A stretch of DNA of 29,318 nucleotides from an archaeon. Lineage in GTDB: Archaea > Micrarchaeota > Micrarchaeia > Norongarragalinales > UBA97. Below, piece by piece: positions 1-9,066 of this stretch. The notes under the pieces are model-generated. The model was not told the DNA's origin. It did not search any database and saw only the letters and a list, made by a program, of their open reading frames with translations. Position numbers and translations under genes: made by a program. The stretch spans positions 1-29,318 of the forward strand of contig JAGVFW010000005.1 in NCBI GenBank assembly GCA_020057405.1, given 5' to 3'. The stretch's first letter is position 1. Each line of letters starts with the position of its first letter.

Positions 1-1
1 G

Positions 2-1078
2 AACGAATTCGCTTACTGGTACCCCAATGACTTGCGCCACACGGGCATCGCGCACATCACCAACCACCTGTCTTTCTTCATCTTTGCGCACACCGCGATT
101 TTCGAAAAGAAGCACTGGCCGAAAGGAATTTCGCTAAACGAGCTTGTCGTCAGCGAAGGGAGCAAGATGAGCAAGAGCAAGGGCAACGTAGTGCTTCTGC
201 ACGACATTGCAGGCAAGGTAGGCCCCGACGTCTTCCGCCTCTACGCAATCAGCGCCGCCGATTTCGCTAGCTTGCTTGACTACCGCGCAAAGGAAGTCGA
301 GCAGGTCCGCCGGTCGCTAAACAAGTTCGCTACAGTCATCCGGGTCATGGAGGCTGCAGGCGCAGGCAGCGAGGCCGGCGCGTCAAGATGGTTTTTGAGC
401 AAGTTCGAGGCCGGCGTGCGCGACTGCACTGCGGCGCTAGAGGGCCTGCGCTTGCGCGACTATGTCCAGACCGCGTTCTATGGCCTGCTTGGCGACTACG
501 AGTATTTCCTTCGCCGCGCAACGCCGGGGGAAAAGGCGTTTGTTGCATCGAAAATCCGCAAGCGCTGGATTGCGCTTCTCGCGCCCGTCGTTCCGCACGC
601 TTGCGAAGAGCTTTGGGCGGAGGCCGAAGGCCAGGGTCTCGTGTCTCTTGCGCAATGGCCGGTTGCCGACGAGGCTCGCATCTCGCCTGCCGCAGAGGCC
701 GAGGAGGATTTAGTGCGCCAAGTGGTCGAGGATGGCCGCAAAATCCAAGCTGTAACTAAAAAGAATTTCGCGAAAATGAGTGTAGTTGTTGCAAAACCTG
801 AGAAACGAAAGCAGCTGGAGTTGCTTTTGCAGCATGATTCGCTTGAGTCCGCGGCGGGTGCAGCGGATGAGCAGTTCAAGCCGTTTGTCGAAAAGAACTT
901 CTATGCCTTGAAGGCACGTGGCCTTCCAGCAATCGACGAGTTTGCAGTCATCAGCGGGGCGAAGGACTTTATTTCCCGCGAGCTTGGCCTGGCCGCCGAG
1001 GTGCAGCGCGAAGAATCAAGCGCAAGCCCGCGCGCGGCAAAGGCAATGCCCCTAAAGCCCGCAATCGAGCTCGCCTAG
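2..1078 (+). CDS. leuS: Leucine--tRNA ligase, archaeal type (C-terminal part, 5' truncated by window)
   Basis: Frame is open from position 2 (NEFAYWYPNDLRHTGIAHITNHLSFFIFAH, matching the archaeal LeuRS 'EF.YWYP.D.R....NHL.F' block). Class I KMSKS motif (GSKMSKSKGNVV), anticodon-binding region with 'LAPVVPHACEELW', C-terminal 'KAMPLKPAI'. Confidence 0.93.
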   Translation, partial: NEFAYWYPNDLRHTGIAHITNHLSFFIFAHTAIFEKKHWPKGISLNELVVSEGSKMSKSKGNVVLLHDIAGKVGPDVFRLYAISAADFASLLDYRAKEVEQVRRSLNKFATVIRVMEAAGAGSEAGASRWFLSKFEAGVRDCTAALEGLRLRDYVQTAFYGLLGDYEYFLRRATPGEKAFVASKIRKRWIALLAPVVPHACEELWAEAEGQGLVSLAQWPVADEARISPAAEAEEDLVRQVVEDGRKIQAVTKKNFAKMSVVVAKPEKRKQLELLLQHDSLESAAGAADEQFKPFVEKNFYALKARGLPAIDEFAVISGAKDFISRELGLAAEVQREESSASPRAAKAMPLKPAIELA

Positions 1079-1102
1079 TTTTGTTTCCGTCCTCCCCGCA
1101 CG

Positions 1103-1110
1103 CTTTTTAT
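1103..1110 (+). promoter_or_regulatory. TATA-like box for the pilus ATPase operon (probably leaderless mRNA)
   Basis: CTTTTTAT ends 22 nt before ATG 1133 in the short intergenic region. Confidence 0.55.
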
Positions 1111-1132
1111 TGCCTGCCGGAGTAAGCCTTGC

Positions 1133-3397
1133 ATGGTGGGGGAAGCGGTCGTCAGGATGGAGGGCGGCAAGCGCAGGCTGATAATCAACTACAAGGGCAG
1201 CCCCTACGGGGCCGACGTGGCCCAGTACCCGCAAGTGATGAAGGACGTCATCGACCGGCTCCAGTCGATTGACGCCGACGAACTCGTGCTCTCCGAGTAC
1301 TACGAACGCATTTACAGCGAGGAGCAGACGCGGTGGCTAAAACAAGTCGCAGACTTAATCACGCGCCTTGAGTCCGACGTCGTCTGGGGCCCGAGTCACC
1401 TGGGCTCAATCCAAGACAGCAAGTCCCTCGCCCCAAGGCACGACACGGTCGTAACAATACTCAATGCCCTCCATGCCGACCCCTTCAAGGCCTACTTGTC
1501 GCTTGCTTCAGAGCTAAAGACCCAGCAGGCAAAGCTGAACACTTCCTCCGGCTCTGGCCAAGATGACTTAGGCGTCTACGTCAAGACGCTTTCCTTCATG
1601 CTCGCCGAGATGGAGAAGCTTGAGCTCATCAAGAAGATGAAGGTCTATGTCACGCAGTTAGGCAAGCTGCCTGCAGACCGGGGCATCTACCACTCGCTTT
1701 TTGAAGTCGCGATAAAGCCGTCCTTCATCGGTTCGCGCATTTTCTTCACCGGCGTTGAGAACCTCGAGCTTGTCGACCAGTACGTCGTGACGGGCACGCG
1801 CATCTACATCTACAAGCACCCCGACAAGGTGGAATTGCTTTACTTCATCAACCCGCCCGAGTATTCCCTTCCTCCCGAAAAATATTTCCTGCTTGAAAAG
1901 ACGAAGGAAGTCGTCGCCGGCCACCGGCCCGACGGCGGCATAGGGTTCATGGACGTCTCGCAGGCGCGCCAGTACTTCCACAAGATTTACGTAGGCACAA
2001 TCGCCGACCTGGCTGCAAAGAACAACATCAAGCTATCTATTGAGGAAAAAGAGGAGCTTGCCAACATCGTCACGCGCTACACCGTCGGCTACGGCATCAT
2101 GGAAATCCTGCTCTCCGACAAGCAGGTGACTGACGTTTACGTCGACTCCCCGCTGGGCATGAGGCCGATTTACCTCGTGCACTCAAAGTACGGCCAGTGC
2201 CAGACGAACGTCGTCTTTTCCGAAGACGAGGCGTCGTCGCTTGTCTCGCGCTTCCGCGCCCTCTCAGGCCGGCCGTTTGACGAAGCTCACCCCATCCTTG
2301 ACTTTGACCTAGAGGACCTGCAGACGCGCATTGCCGTCATCGGCAGGCCGCTTTCCCTTGACGGCATCGCGTTTGCCTTCCGCCTCCACAAGCCGACTCC
2401 CTGGACGCTAGCGCAATTCCTTGACAACAAGATGTTCACCCCGTTTGCGGCAGGGCTCTTCAGCTACTTCGTCGACGCGCAGGCAAGCATGCTCATCGTC
2501 GGCTCCCGCGGCAGCGGCAAGACGAGCCTGCTGCAGGCCATGATGCAGGAAATCCCGCAAAACCTGCGTATCATCGTCCAGGAGGACACCCAAGAAATCC
2601 CAGTGCCGCAGCTTAAGAAACTCGGCTTCAACATCCAGCGGCTAAAGACGCGGCCACCGCTTGGCAAGCAAAGCGAGGCCGAAGTTAGCGCCGAGGACGC
2701 CCTTCGCACCGCCCTTCGTCTAGGCGATTCCGTTCTCATCGTCGGTGAAGTGCGCAGCGGCGAGGCAAAAGCGCTTTACGAGGCCATGCGCGTAGGCGCG
2801 GTCGGCAACGTCGTCATGGGCACAATCCACGGCGAAAGCGCGTACTCTATTTGGGACAGGGTCGTAAACGACCTTGGCGTGCCAACGACTAGCTTCAAGG
2901 CAACTGACTTTTCAATAGTAGGGGCGCCAATCCGCTTCGGCGGGTCGCTCAAGCGCGCGCGGCGCATCGTCGAAGTAACTGAAGTGAAGAAAGAGTGGAA
3001 CGAGGACCCGCTTGCCGAGAACGGCTTTCTTGACTGGATGAAGTTTGACGCGGGCCGCGACGAGCTTGAATTCTTTGACAAAGCCATTGGCCAAAGCGAG
3101 TGGATAAAGCGCGTGCAGAAGATTCGCGGCCTCACCGTCGAGCAAATAATGTCCGAGATTAACGCTCGCGCCGAGACGAAGAACTTCCTAGTCGAGCTAA
3201 GGCGCAAGCACGACCTGCCGCGCCTCCTTGAGGCCGACTTTACCGTCCGCGCGCACAACAAGTACCTCCTCATGGCAGAAGCCCAGCGCGAGGAGTTCGG
3301 CAGCGTGGAGTACGACAGCCTGCTTTCCGAATACAAGGCGTGGGTGCAGTCGACGCTGCTTAAGGAAGCGATGGCGCAGCAGCAGGCGGGGGTCTAG
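1133..3397 (+). CDS. Type II/IV secretion (pilus assembly) ATPase, VirB11/CpaF/ArlI family, with long N-terminal extension
   Basis: Walker A GSRGSGKT, Asp box VQEDTQEI, 'ALRTALRLGD', Walker B LIVGEVR, His box MGTIH. Confidence 0.93.
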   Translation: MVGEAVVRMEGGKRRLIINYKGSPYGADVAQYPQVMKDVIDRLQSIDADELVLSEYYERIYSEEQTRWLKQVADLITRLESDVVWGPSHLGSIQDSKSLAPRHDTVVTILNALHADPFKAYLSLASELKTQQAKLNTSSGSGQDDLGVYVKTLSFMLAEMEKLELIKKMKVYVTQLGKLPADRGIYHSLFEVAIKPSFIGSRIFFTGVENLELVDQYVVTGTRIYIYKHPDKVELLYFINPPEYSLPPEKYFLLEKTKEVVAGHRPDGGIGFMDVSQARQYFHKIYVGTIADLAAKNNIKLSIEEKEELANIVTRYTVGYGIMEILLSDKQVTDVYVDSPLGMRPIYLVHSKYGQCQTNVVFSEDEASSLVSRFRALSGRPFDEAHPILDFDLEDLQTRIAVIGRPLSLDGIAFAFRLHKPTPWTLAQFLDNKMFTPFAAGLFSYFVDAQASMLIVGSRGSGKTSLLQAMMQEIPQNLRIIVQEDTQEIPVPQLKKLGFNIQRLKTRPPLGKQSEAEVSAEDALRTALRLGDSVLIVGEVRSGEAKALYEAMRVGAVGNVVMGTIHGESAYSIWDRVVNDLGVPTTSFKATDFSIVGAPIRFGGSLKRARRIVEVTEVKKEWNEDPLAENGFLDWMKFDAGRDELEFFDKAIGQSEWIKRVQKIRGLTVEQIMSEINARAETKNFLVELRRKHDLPRLLEADFTVRAHNKYLLMAEAQREEFGSVEYDSLLSEYKAWVQSTLLKEAMAQQQAGV

Positions 3398-3403
3398 AGT
3401 CAA

Positions 3404-5557
3404 ATGGCGCGAAAGTCCCCAGAGCCGCAGTCGCTTTATTCCGGCATCGAGCTGCCAAAGCGAAAGCCCGATAAGCCGGTTGTCCAGACTGAGCCGCCGT
3501 GGGTTCTTCTTACCAACCGCCTGTCACGGAACTTCCGCTCGCTTGGCAAGAAGGCCAGTTTTTCCGAAGGCCAGCAGCAGGCCATTGATTTTCTCCAATG
3601 GCGCGTGTCGCCCGAGGACGTCTACGGCATTTACAAGGGCGTGATTTTCACCGCAGTCGGTGCGGGTGTTGTCTTCGCCCTCATGCTCTACCTGTTCTCC
3701 GGCCCCCTTTTCTCCAACCTCATTTCCTACGGCGAGTACATCATCCCGCTTGTCTGCGGCACCTTCATCGCCCTCGCCGGCTTTGGGCTCGCCTACTTCT
3801 ACATTTCCTACCCTGGCCAAGTTGCCGACGCAGAGCGCAAGCAGGCGATTGCCTACATTCCGGAAATAGTCAACTACTTAGTCATGAACATGCGCCTCAC
3901 GCCGAATCTTGAGCGCGCGGTTGAGTTTGCAGCAAGCCACGGCCGCGGAAAAATCGCCGAAGACTTGCGAAAGCTCGTTTGGGACACTCAAATCGGCGTC
4001 TACAATTCCATCGAGGAAGGCCTTGACGACCTGGCCTACCGATGGGGCAACTACAACGACGACTTCAAGCACGCCCTCATGCTCATCCGCGCCAGCGTGC
4101 TTGAGGGGGACGAGCAGAAGCGCTCGGACTTGCTTGAAAAAGCCAGCAACGACGTCATCGAGGGGAGCAAGGAGAAGATGGACGTCTACGCCCGCCAGCT
4201 TCACCAGCCGACGGTTTACCTCTATTATTTCGGCATCCTCCTGCCGCTCATGCTGGCAATCGTCCTTCCAATCGCCAGCGGCATCGTCAAGGGCCTGCCG
4301 CTGACGGGCCTGCTGCCGTTCGTGCTCATTTACAACGTCTTTCTTCCCGCCGTGCTCCTCATCATGTCCCAAGGCATCATCAACGGCCGGCCGCCGACCT
4401 ACGTCCCGCCCGACATTCCCGAAGACTTTCCCGACCTGCCCAAAAAAGGCACGTTTATGGTCGGCCGCATGCGCGTGCCCTACGTTCCCCTCGCGCTCCT
4501 AGTGTTCTTTTCCTGCATCGCAGCCGGCTTTTTCCTTGACGGCCTGCAGCTTGACGCAGTCAGGGCCAACCTCGTTTACTCGAATCCCGAGGAATCGATT
4601 TCGGCCTTGCCCCACGTCACTATCGCCCTCCCGTTTCTAGGCTCGTTCCGCGTCTTTCTTTTCATGGTCTTCGGCCTCCTAATCGGCTTTTCCCTTGCCC
4701 TGTCAATCTACCTCTACGGAAAGTATTCCGCTCGAAAGAAAGTGCAGGATGAAATCCGGGAGATGGAGAACGAGTTTAAGGACGCCCTCTATGTCCTCGC
4801 ATCCCGGCTTGGCGAGAACCGGCCAATGGAGGACGCGTTGCGCTCGTCAATAGAGTTTTTGCCCAAAAGCGCGGTGGCCCACAAGATTTTCCGCCGCGTG
4901 CTTGACAACATCACCCAGCTTGGAATGACAATCGACGCCGCGATTTTCGACTCCAACTACGGCGCCGTCCGTGACGTGCCAAGCGAGACCATCCGCGGTG
5001 GCATGCGCATCCTCGTCGACAGCGTGCAGCTCGGCGTCAACGTCGCGGCCATCTCGCTAATCAACCTCGCAATGCAAATCCGCAACGCGCAGAAAATCGA
5101 CACCATGCTGAGGCGGCTGCTTGAAGACGTCACGACAATGCTTAAGACGATGGGCACCTTCATCGCGCCAATCGTCCTTGCCGTCGTAACCAGCCTCCAG
5201 CGCGTCATCCTCACTTCGCTAACGAGCAACTGCGGCGACCAAAGCGCGGGTGCGGTTGCCAATGGGGCGACAAGCGTTCCCGGAGTCAGCGGCTCGCTAG
5301 GCGGTTCCGGCATCTCGTCCGTCTTCTGCAACATCGACCCCAAGTCTGCAGTCTCGCCAGGCGAGTTTACCCTCGTGATGGGCATTTACGTCATCCAGGT
5401 CGTCATCCTCCTCACTTACTTCAACGCGCAAATCGAGGACTCCAACAACAAGCTTCACACGATGATGAGCGTGGCCATGGCCGTTCCCGTCGCGGCCATT
5501 CTCTTTAGCATTGTCGCCTACTTCGCCTCCACTTTCCTCTCCGGCGCCTCCGGCTAA
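3404..5557 (+). CDS. Pilus assembly membrane platform protein (TadB/TadC/ArlJ-like, two T2SSF-type halves)
   Basis: 717 aa with multiple TM segments separated by two soluble helical domains ('IPEIVNYLVMNMRLTPNLERAV', 'FKDALYVLASRLGENRPMEDAL'). Starts 6 nt after the ATPase stop. Confidence 0.85.
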   Translation: MARKSPEPQSLYSGIELPKRKPDKPVVQTEPPWVLLTNRLSRNFRSLGKKASFSEGQQQAIDFLQWRVSPEDVYGIYKGVIFTAVGAGVVFALMLYLFSGPLFSNLISYGEYIIPLVCGTFIALAGFGLAYFYISYPGQVADAERKQAIAYIPEIVNYLVMNMRLTPNLERAVEFAASHGRGKIAEDLRKLVWDTQIGVYNSIEEGLDDLAYRWGNYNDDFKHALMLIRASVLEGDEQKRSDLLEKASNDVIEGSKEKMDVYARQLHQPTVYLYYFGILLPLMLAIVLPIASGIVKGLPLTGLLPFVLIYNVFLPAVLLIMSQGIINGRPPTYVPPDIPEDFPDLPKKGTFMVGRMRVPYVPLALLVFFSCIAAGFFLDGLQLDAVRANLVYSNPEESISALPHVTIALPFLGSFRVFLFMVFGLLIGFSLALSIYLYGKYSARKKVQDEIREMENEFKDALYVLASRLGENRPMEDALRSSIEFLPKSAVAHKIFRRVLDNITQLGMTIDAAIFDSNYGAVRDVPSETIRGGMRILVDSVQLGVNVAAISLINLAMQIRNAQKIDTMLRRLLEDVTTMLKTMGTFIAPIVLAVVTSLQRVILTSLTSNCGDQSAGAVANGATSVPGVSGSLGGSGISSVFCNIDPKSAVSPGEFTLVMGIYVIQVVILLTYFNAQIEDSNNKLHTMMSVAMAVPVAAILFSIVAYFASTFLSGASG

Positions 5558-5562
5558 AAAGC

Positions 5563-5604
5563 TTTAAAAACAGCCTCTCTGTAATGGTTGCACCAACAAG
5601 GTGA
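5563..5604 (+). promoter_or_regulatory. TATA box plus Shine-Dalgarno for the probable major pilin
   Basis: TTTAAAAA at 5563-5570 and AAGGTGA at 5598-5604, 7 nt before ATG 5612. Confidence 0.65.
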
Positions 5605-5611
5605 TTTCCCA

Positions 5612-6079
5612 ATGCGTCGTGGCCAAGCCTTTGAGACAATGATGCTCGTAATCAGCGTAATCGTAGCGCTCGCCATCTTGGCGGTGCTCATGAACATCAT
5701 CGGCGGCATTACCGGCATTGGCCAGGGCCAGCCTGACAAGATTATGCACGATGCCCTCAAAGAAATGGTTCAGAAGGGATACGGCTACTCGCAGCCCCAA
5801 GAAGCAGTCATAAAGAAGGCGACAATCATCGACTCAAAGCAAGTGGTAGGCACGGACAACCCCGGATTGAACCCCTTAGAAGTCCAGTTCTTGATTACCG
5901 GCATCACTGCCCTTGAATTGCCTCGCACGCCGAATAAGATAGGCCCGGCATCCACCGACATCAAGCTTTTCATAGTCGTTTGCGGAGACGCAACCAAGGG
6001 CGAACAAGGCAAGTACCGCATCTCAATCGCCAAATCAGCAATCGCTGCGAGCAACGGCTGCGTAATTCCGACCACTTGA
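5612..6079 (+). CDS. Class III signal peptide protein, candidate major pilin (155 aa)
   Basis: MRRG|QAFETMMLVISVIVALAILAVLMNII: basic leader, RG cleavage site, hydrophobic helix. Start moved from the track's 5588 to ATG 5612 because of the SD. One C-terminal Cys pair. Confidence 0.85.
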   Translation: MRRGQAFETMMLVISVIVALAILAVLMNIIGGITGIGQGQPDKIMHDALKEMVQKGYGYSQPQEAVIKKATIIDSKQVVGTDNPGLNPLEVQFLITGITALELPRTPNKIGPASTDIKLFIVVCGDATKGEQGKYRISIAKSAIAASNGCVIPTT

Positions 6080-6119
6080 GTCGGCACGCTTTTATTCCTC
6101 CTTTTCCCACCTAGTGGTC

Positions 6120-6284
6120 ATGAAGCGCGGCGACTGGACTCCCATTTACATGCTGCTAGTCGTCATCATCGCGGCAATCATCATCATCGCGCTGATTAAG
6201 CCCGTCTTTAGCGGCGCGGCCCAGACTGCCGGCTCGAACTTGGGTGCCGCGCGCGGCCTCGCCGGCGGAATGCTTTTCCGCTAG
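6120..6284 (+). CDS. 54-aa Flp-like mini-pilin with class III signal peptide (absent from ORF track)
   Basis: Hand translation MKRG|DWTPIYMLLVVIIAAIIIIALIKPVFSGAAQTAGSNLGAARGLAGGMLFR*. Fills the gap between pilin genes; CTTTTAT lies 24 nt upstream. Confidence 0.85.
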   Translation: MKRGDWTPIYMLLVVIIAAIIIIALIKPVFSGAAQTAGSNLGAARGLAGGMLFR

Positions 6285-6319
6285 CCGACTGTTTTTAATC
6301 CCGTTGCGCTAAGCGTTGC

Positions 6320-7018
6320 ATGCAACGCGGGCAGGCTTCGTGGGGTGTGATGGAAATCCTAATCGCCACCATCATCCTCGGTATGAGTCTGGGTGTCGTC
6401 TTTTATTCTCTTAAGAATGTCGAGGAAATTCGCTGCGTTATAACGCTGAAAGCGAGTATGACCCATTTGCAGAATTCCTTTTGGAAGGTGGCTATGCACG
6501 GTTCTCCCTCCACTGACCGTGTAACCTTAACAATGCCTTCGTGCGGTGACAAGTCGGTTGAGGCCGTGCGTTTCGTCTACTACAAGCAGAAAGAGCTCTG
6601 CCGGTCGTGTCCCGGCCAATACGCCGGGTGCTGGGTAATCGAACCGACTGTTTACGATTATTCTCTCAAGAAATTCTATCGCCTTAACGATGCGTCAGTG
6701 TGCGTGCAAAACAACATGCCATACATTTCACTCACTACCGTCACTACCGGCAAGTGCCTTGGCAATCAGATTTCTAACGAGCCCTGCCCGAACACGGTTC
6801 CCGGCTGCAGAAATGATGTGGAAGGCGGCGTGCCGGAGAACGTTTTCAAGGGGAACGCCAACGGCGACGGGGCGGCAAGCGATTCTAATTCCATTTGGAG
6901 CACTTTTGGCCGCAAGCCGGGCGACCCGCGCACTTTCGTCTTCGAGTTGTCAAAGTCAGTCGAACCGAGCCTTTCAAGCAGCGTACAGATTTGCCCGTTG
7001 ATAGAGTCGGATGATTGA
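6320..7018 (+). CDS. Cys-rich minor pilin-like protein, paralog A
   Basis: MQRG|QASWGVMEILIATIILGMSLGVVFYSL, followed by a Cys-rich extracellular domain. Confidence 0.85.
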   Translation: MQRGQASWGVMEILIATIILGMSLGVVFYSLKNVEEIRCVITLKASMTHLQNSFWKVAMHGSPSTDRVTLTMPSCGDKSVEAVRFVYYKQKELCRSCPGQYAGCWVIEPTVYDYSLKKFYRLNDASVCVQNNMPYISLTTVTTGKCLGNQISNEPCPNTVPGCRNDVEGGVPENVFKGNANGDGAASDSNSIWSTFGRKPGDPRTFVFELSKSVEPSLSSSVQICPLIESDD

Positions 7019-7020
7019 AC

Positions 7021-7043
7021 GGGTTCTTTCGGTGGGAGAACTC
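7021..7043 (+). terminator. Small stem-loop after pilin paralog A
   Basis: GGGTTCTTTC-GGT-GGGAGAACTC pairs over 10 bp using three G-U pairs and is followed by a pyrimidine-rich tract. Confidence 0.3.
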
Positions 7044-7094
7044 CATTTTCCACTTCCATCTGCTTTTATTTACCGCAGCGCTTAAGGTAACACC

Positions 7095-7772
7095 GTGAAT
7101 CGTGCTCAAGCTTCGTGGGGTGTGATGGAAATCCTAATCGCCACCATAATCCTTGGCATGAGCATGGGCGTAGTTTTCTTCTCCCTAAAGAACATCGAGG
7201 AGACGCGCTGCATTGCAGACTTGAAGGGCAGCACTGTCGCACTTCAGAACGCCATGCTCGTCGTCGCCTTTGGAAGCCCTCCGACGACTAAGCGCGTGGC
7301 ATTTAAGATGCCCACCTGCGGGGACAAGTCGGTTGAGGCAGTGCGTTTCGTCTACTACAAGCAGCGCGAGCTCTGCAGGTTGTGTCCGGGCCAGTACGAG
7401 GGATGCTGGGTAATCGAGCCGACAGTCTATGACTTCGTGCAAAAGAAGCTCTACCGGCTTGAGGACGCCGCGGTGTGCGTGCAGATGCCTGCGGACATTT
7501 CAATCGAGGCGGTCATAAGTCCCGAGTGCCTGGGCAGCCAGATGACTGACACGCCGTGCCCCCAGAACTTGCCTGACGGGACCACTTGCAAAATCAAGGA
7601 GACCGCGGGTTTCGCGTCCCCCATTTATGACCCTATCTCCACCCGGTCCGCTTCCGTTTGGCAGACTTTTGGCCGCAAGCAGGGCGACCCCCGCACTTTC
7701 ATTTTCGAACTGTCAAAGGCGGTGACGCCTGGCCTTAGCGGCAGCATCCGGGTCTGCCCAATGGTGAAGTAG
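7095..7772 (+). CDS. Cys-rich minor pilin-like protein, paralog B
   Basis: GTG start; MNRA|QASWGVMEILIATIILGMSMGVVFFSL. Colinear with 6320..7018 (shared CGDKSVEAVRFVYYKQ, CPGQY.GCWVIEPTVYD, TFGRK.GDPRTF.FELSK). Confidence 0.85.
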   Translation: MNRAQASWGVMEILIATIILGMSMGVVFFSLKNIEETRCIADLKGSTVALQNAMLVVAFGSPPTTKRVAFKMPTCGDKSVEAVRFVYYKQRELCRLCPGQYEGCWVIEPTVYDFVQKKLYRLEDAAVCVQMPADISIEAVISPECLGSQMTDTPCPQNLPDGTTCKIKETAGFASPIYDPISTRSASVWQTFGRKQGDPRTFIFELSKAVTPGLSGSIRVCPMVK

Positions 7773-7786
7773 GGGATGAGTGGGCA

Positions 7787-8479
7787 GTGAGGCGCGGCGA
7801 CACTGCAATGTGGGTGCTCACCAAGATGGCGATGCTTTTCTTCATCGCATCGCTTGCGGGCGTGCTCTTGATTTTCGGCGGCTACCAGCAGACGGGCTTG
7901 TGCAACGAGGAGGCCCGCGCAATTAGCGACCGGGTCTCAAGCGGCCTTTCCCAAGTGATTAACTCCCCCGTTGAGGACGAGCGGCGCATCATACAACTAG
8001 AGCCCGCGCTTTCCGTGGGTGACGGCAAGAGCGCCCGCTACACTCTAAACATCACCCGCCGCATCACCGACCGGCCGGAGTTCAACACTCTTTTAATCAG
8101 CGCCTACTCGGATGCCAACCGGGGCTGCAACTCGGGCGTTCAAGTAACCTACAACAAGCGCTGGGACGATGCTAACGACAAGCGCCTGTTTTTCATGCCC
8201 GCAACATCCTCGCCGCCTCGTTATTACCGCGGCGCGTTTGAGACAATGGCACTGCGGCCGTCGGTGCTCAACCCGGCAGTTCAGGGCCCGCGCTCGACTT
8301 TCGTGGCCTTAGTCAAGTGCACGCAAAAGAATGTCGGCAGGAAAGTCTACGTCTTCATCCAGGACTGCACGCAGCAGGACGCGAAGCTCTGCATCGGCTT
8401 CTCTTCCAACAAGCAAGGCGAAAACGCTCCCGGCAGCATCGAGTCGCTTTGCGGTTTTGAGGTGACTCCAACGCCATGA
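7787..8479 (+). CDS. Minor pilin-like protein (class III signal peptide)
   Basis: MRRG|DTAMWVLTKMAMLFFIASLAGVLLIFG; six Cys in the extracellular domain; ATGA overlap with the next gene. Confidence 0.8.
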   Translation: MRRGDTAMWVLTKMAMLFFIASLAGVLLIFGGYQQTGLCNEEARAISDRVSSGLSQVINSPVEDERRIIQLEPALSVGDGKSARYTLNITRRITDRPEFNTLLISAYSDANRGCNSGVQVTYNKRWDDANDKRLFFMPATSSPPRYYRGAFETMALRPSVLNPAVQGPRSTFVALVKCTQKNVGRKVYVFIQDCTQQDAKLCIGFSSNKQGENAPGSIESLCGFEVTPTP

Positions 8480-9066
8480 GGGGAGCAATTGGCCCGATTG
8501 GCGATGACATTCCAAGCATCTTCCCAATCGTCGCGGGAGTGCTCTTGTTCATGTCAACGGCGCTTTACGCAAGCAACCAGCTTTCCGAGCGCAACAGTTA
8601 TCTCGAGCTTTCAAAGGCGGGAATTGGCTTAAGCTACGTCGTCCTTAGCTCGCCTTACATGCGGGACGATTTTTTCAAGGGAGAGTGCACGCAGACTTAC
8701 CGCGATTACGCCGCCCGCAGGCGCGTTGACTTTCTAATCACGGTGAAGAAGTTCTGCCACTACACGGACTTAAACGGCGACATTTTTTCTGTCAAGAACC
8801 CCTACCCGCCGCATCTTTCGCTTGACACTGGAGTGTATGCCGGCGATGGCGGCTACCATCACCTGGGCCTTGCTTGCGGCAGTGACTCTACCAACTGGAA
8901 CGCCGCCCAGGCCCCGTGCGCGGGCGGGGTTTGCAATCTTCTCTTGACTGGCAAGCAGCCCAAAAACTTCCAGTCGTTTAACTTCCCGATTGCGGTTGAC
9001 TGCGGCAAGCAAGAGCCGTTTGTGGGCGTTGGCACGCTTAACATCATCGTTTGGAGGGGCGGATGA
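8476..9066 (+). CDS. Minor pilin-like protein (atypical class III signal peptide)
   Basis: MRG|AIGPIGDDIPSIFPIVAGVLLFMSTALYA; Cys pairs; C-terminal beta-strand 'GTLNIIVWR'; translationally coupled on both sides. Confidence 0.75.
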   Translation: MRGAIGPIGDDIPSIFPIVAGVLLFMSTALYASNQLSERNSYLELSKAGIGLSYVVLSSPYMRDDFFKGECTQTYRDYAARRRVDFLITVKKFCHYTDLNGDIFSVKNPYPPHLSLDTGVYAGDGGYHHLGLACGSDSTNWNAAQAPCAGGVCNLLLTGKQPKNFQSFNFPIAVDCGKQEPFVGVGTLNIIVWRGG

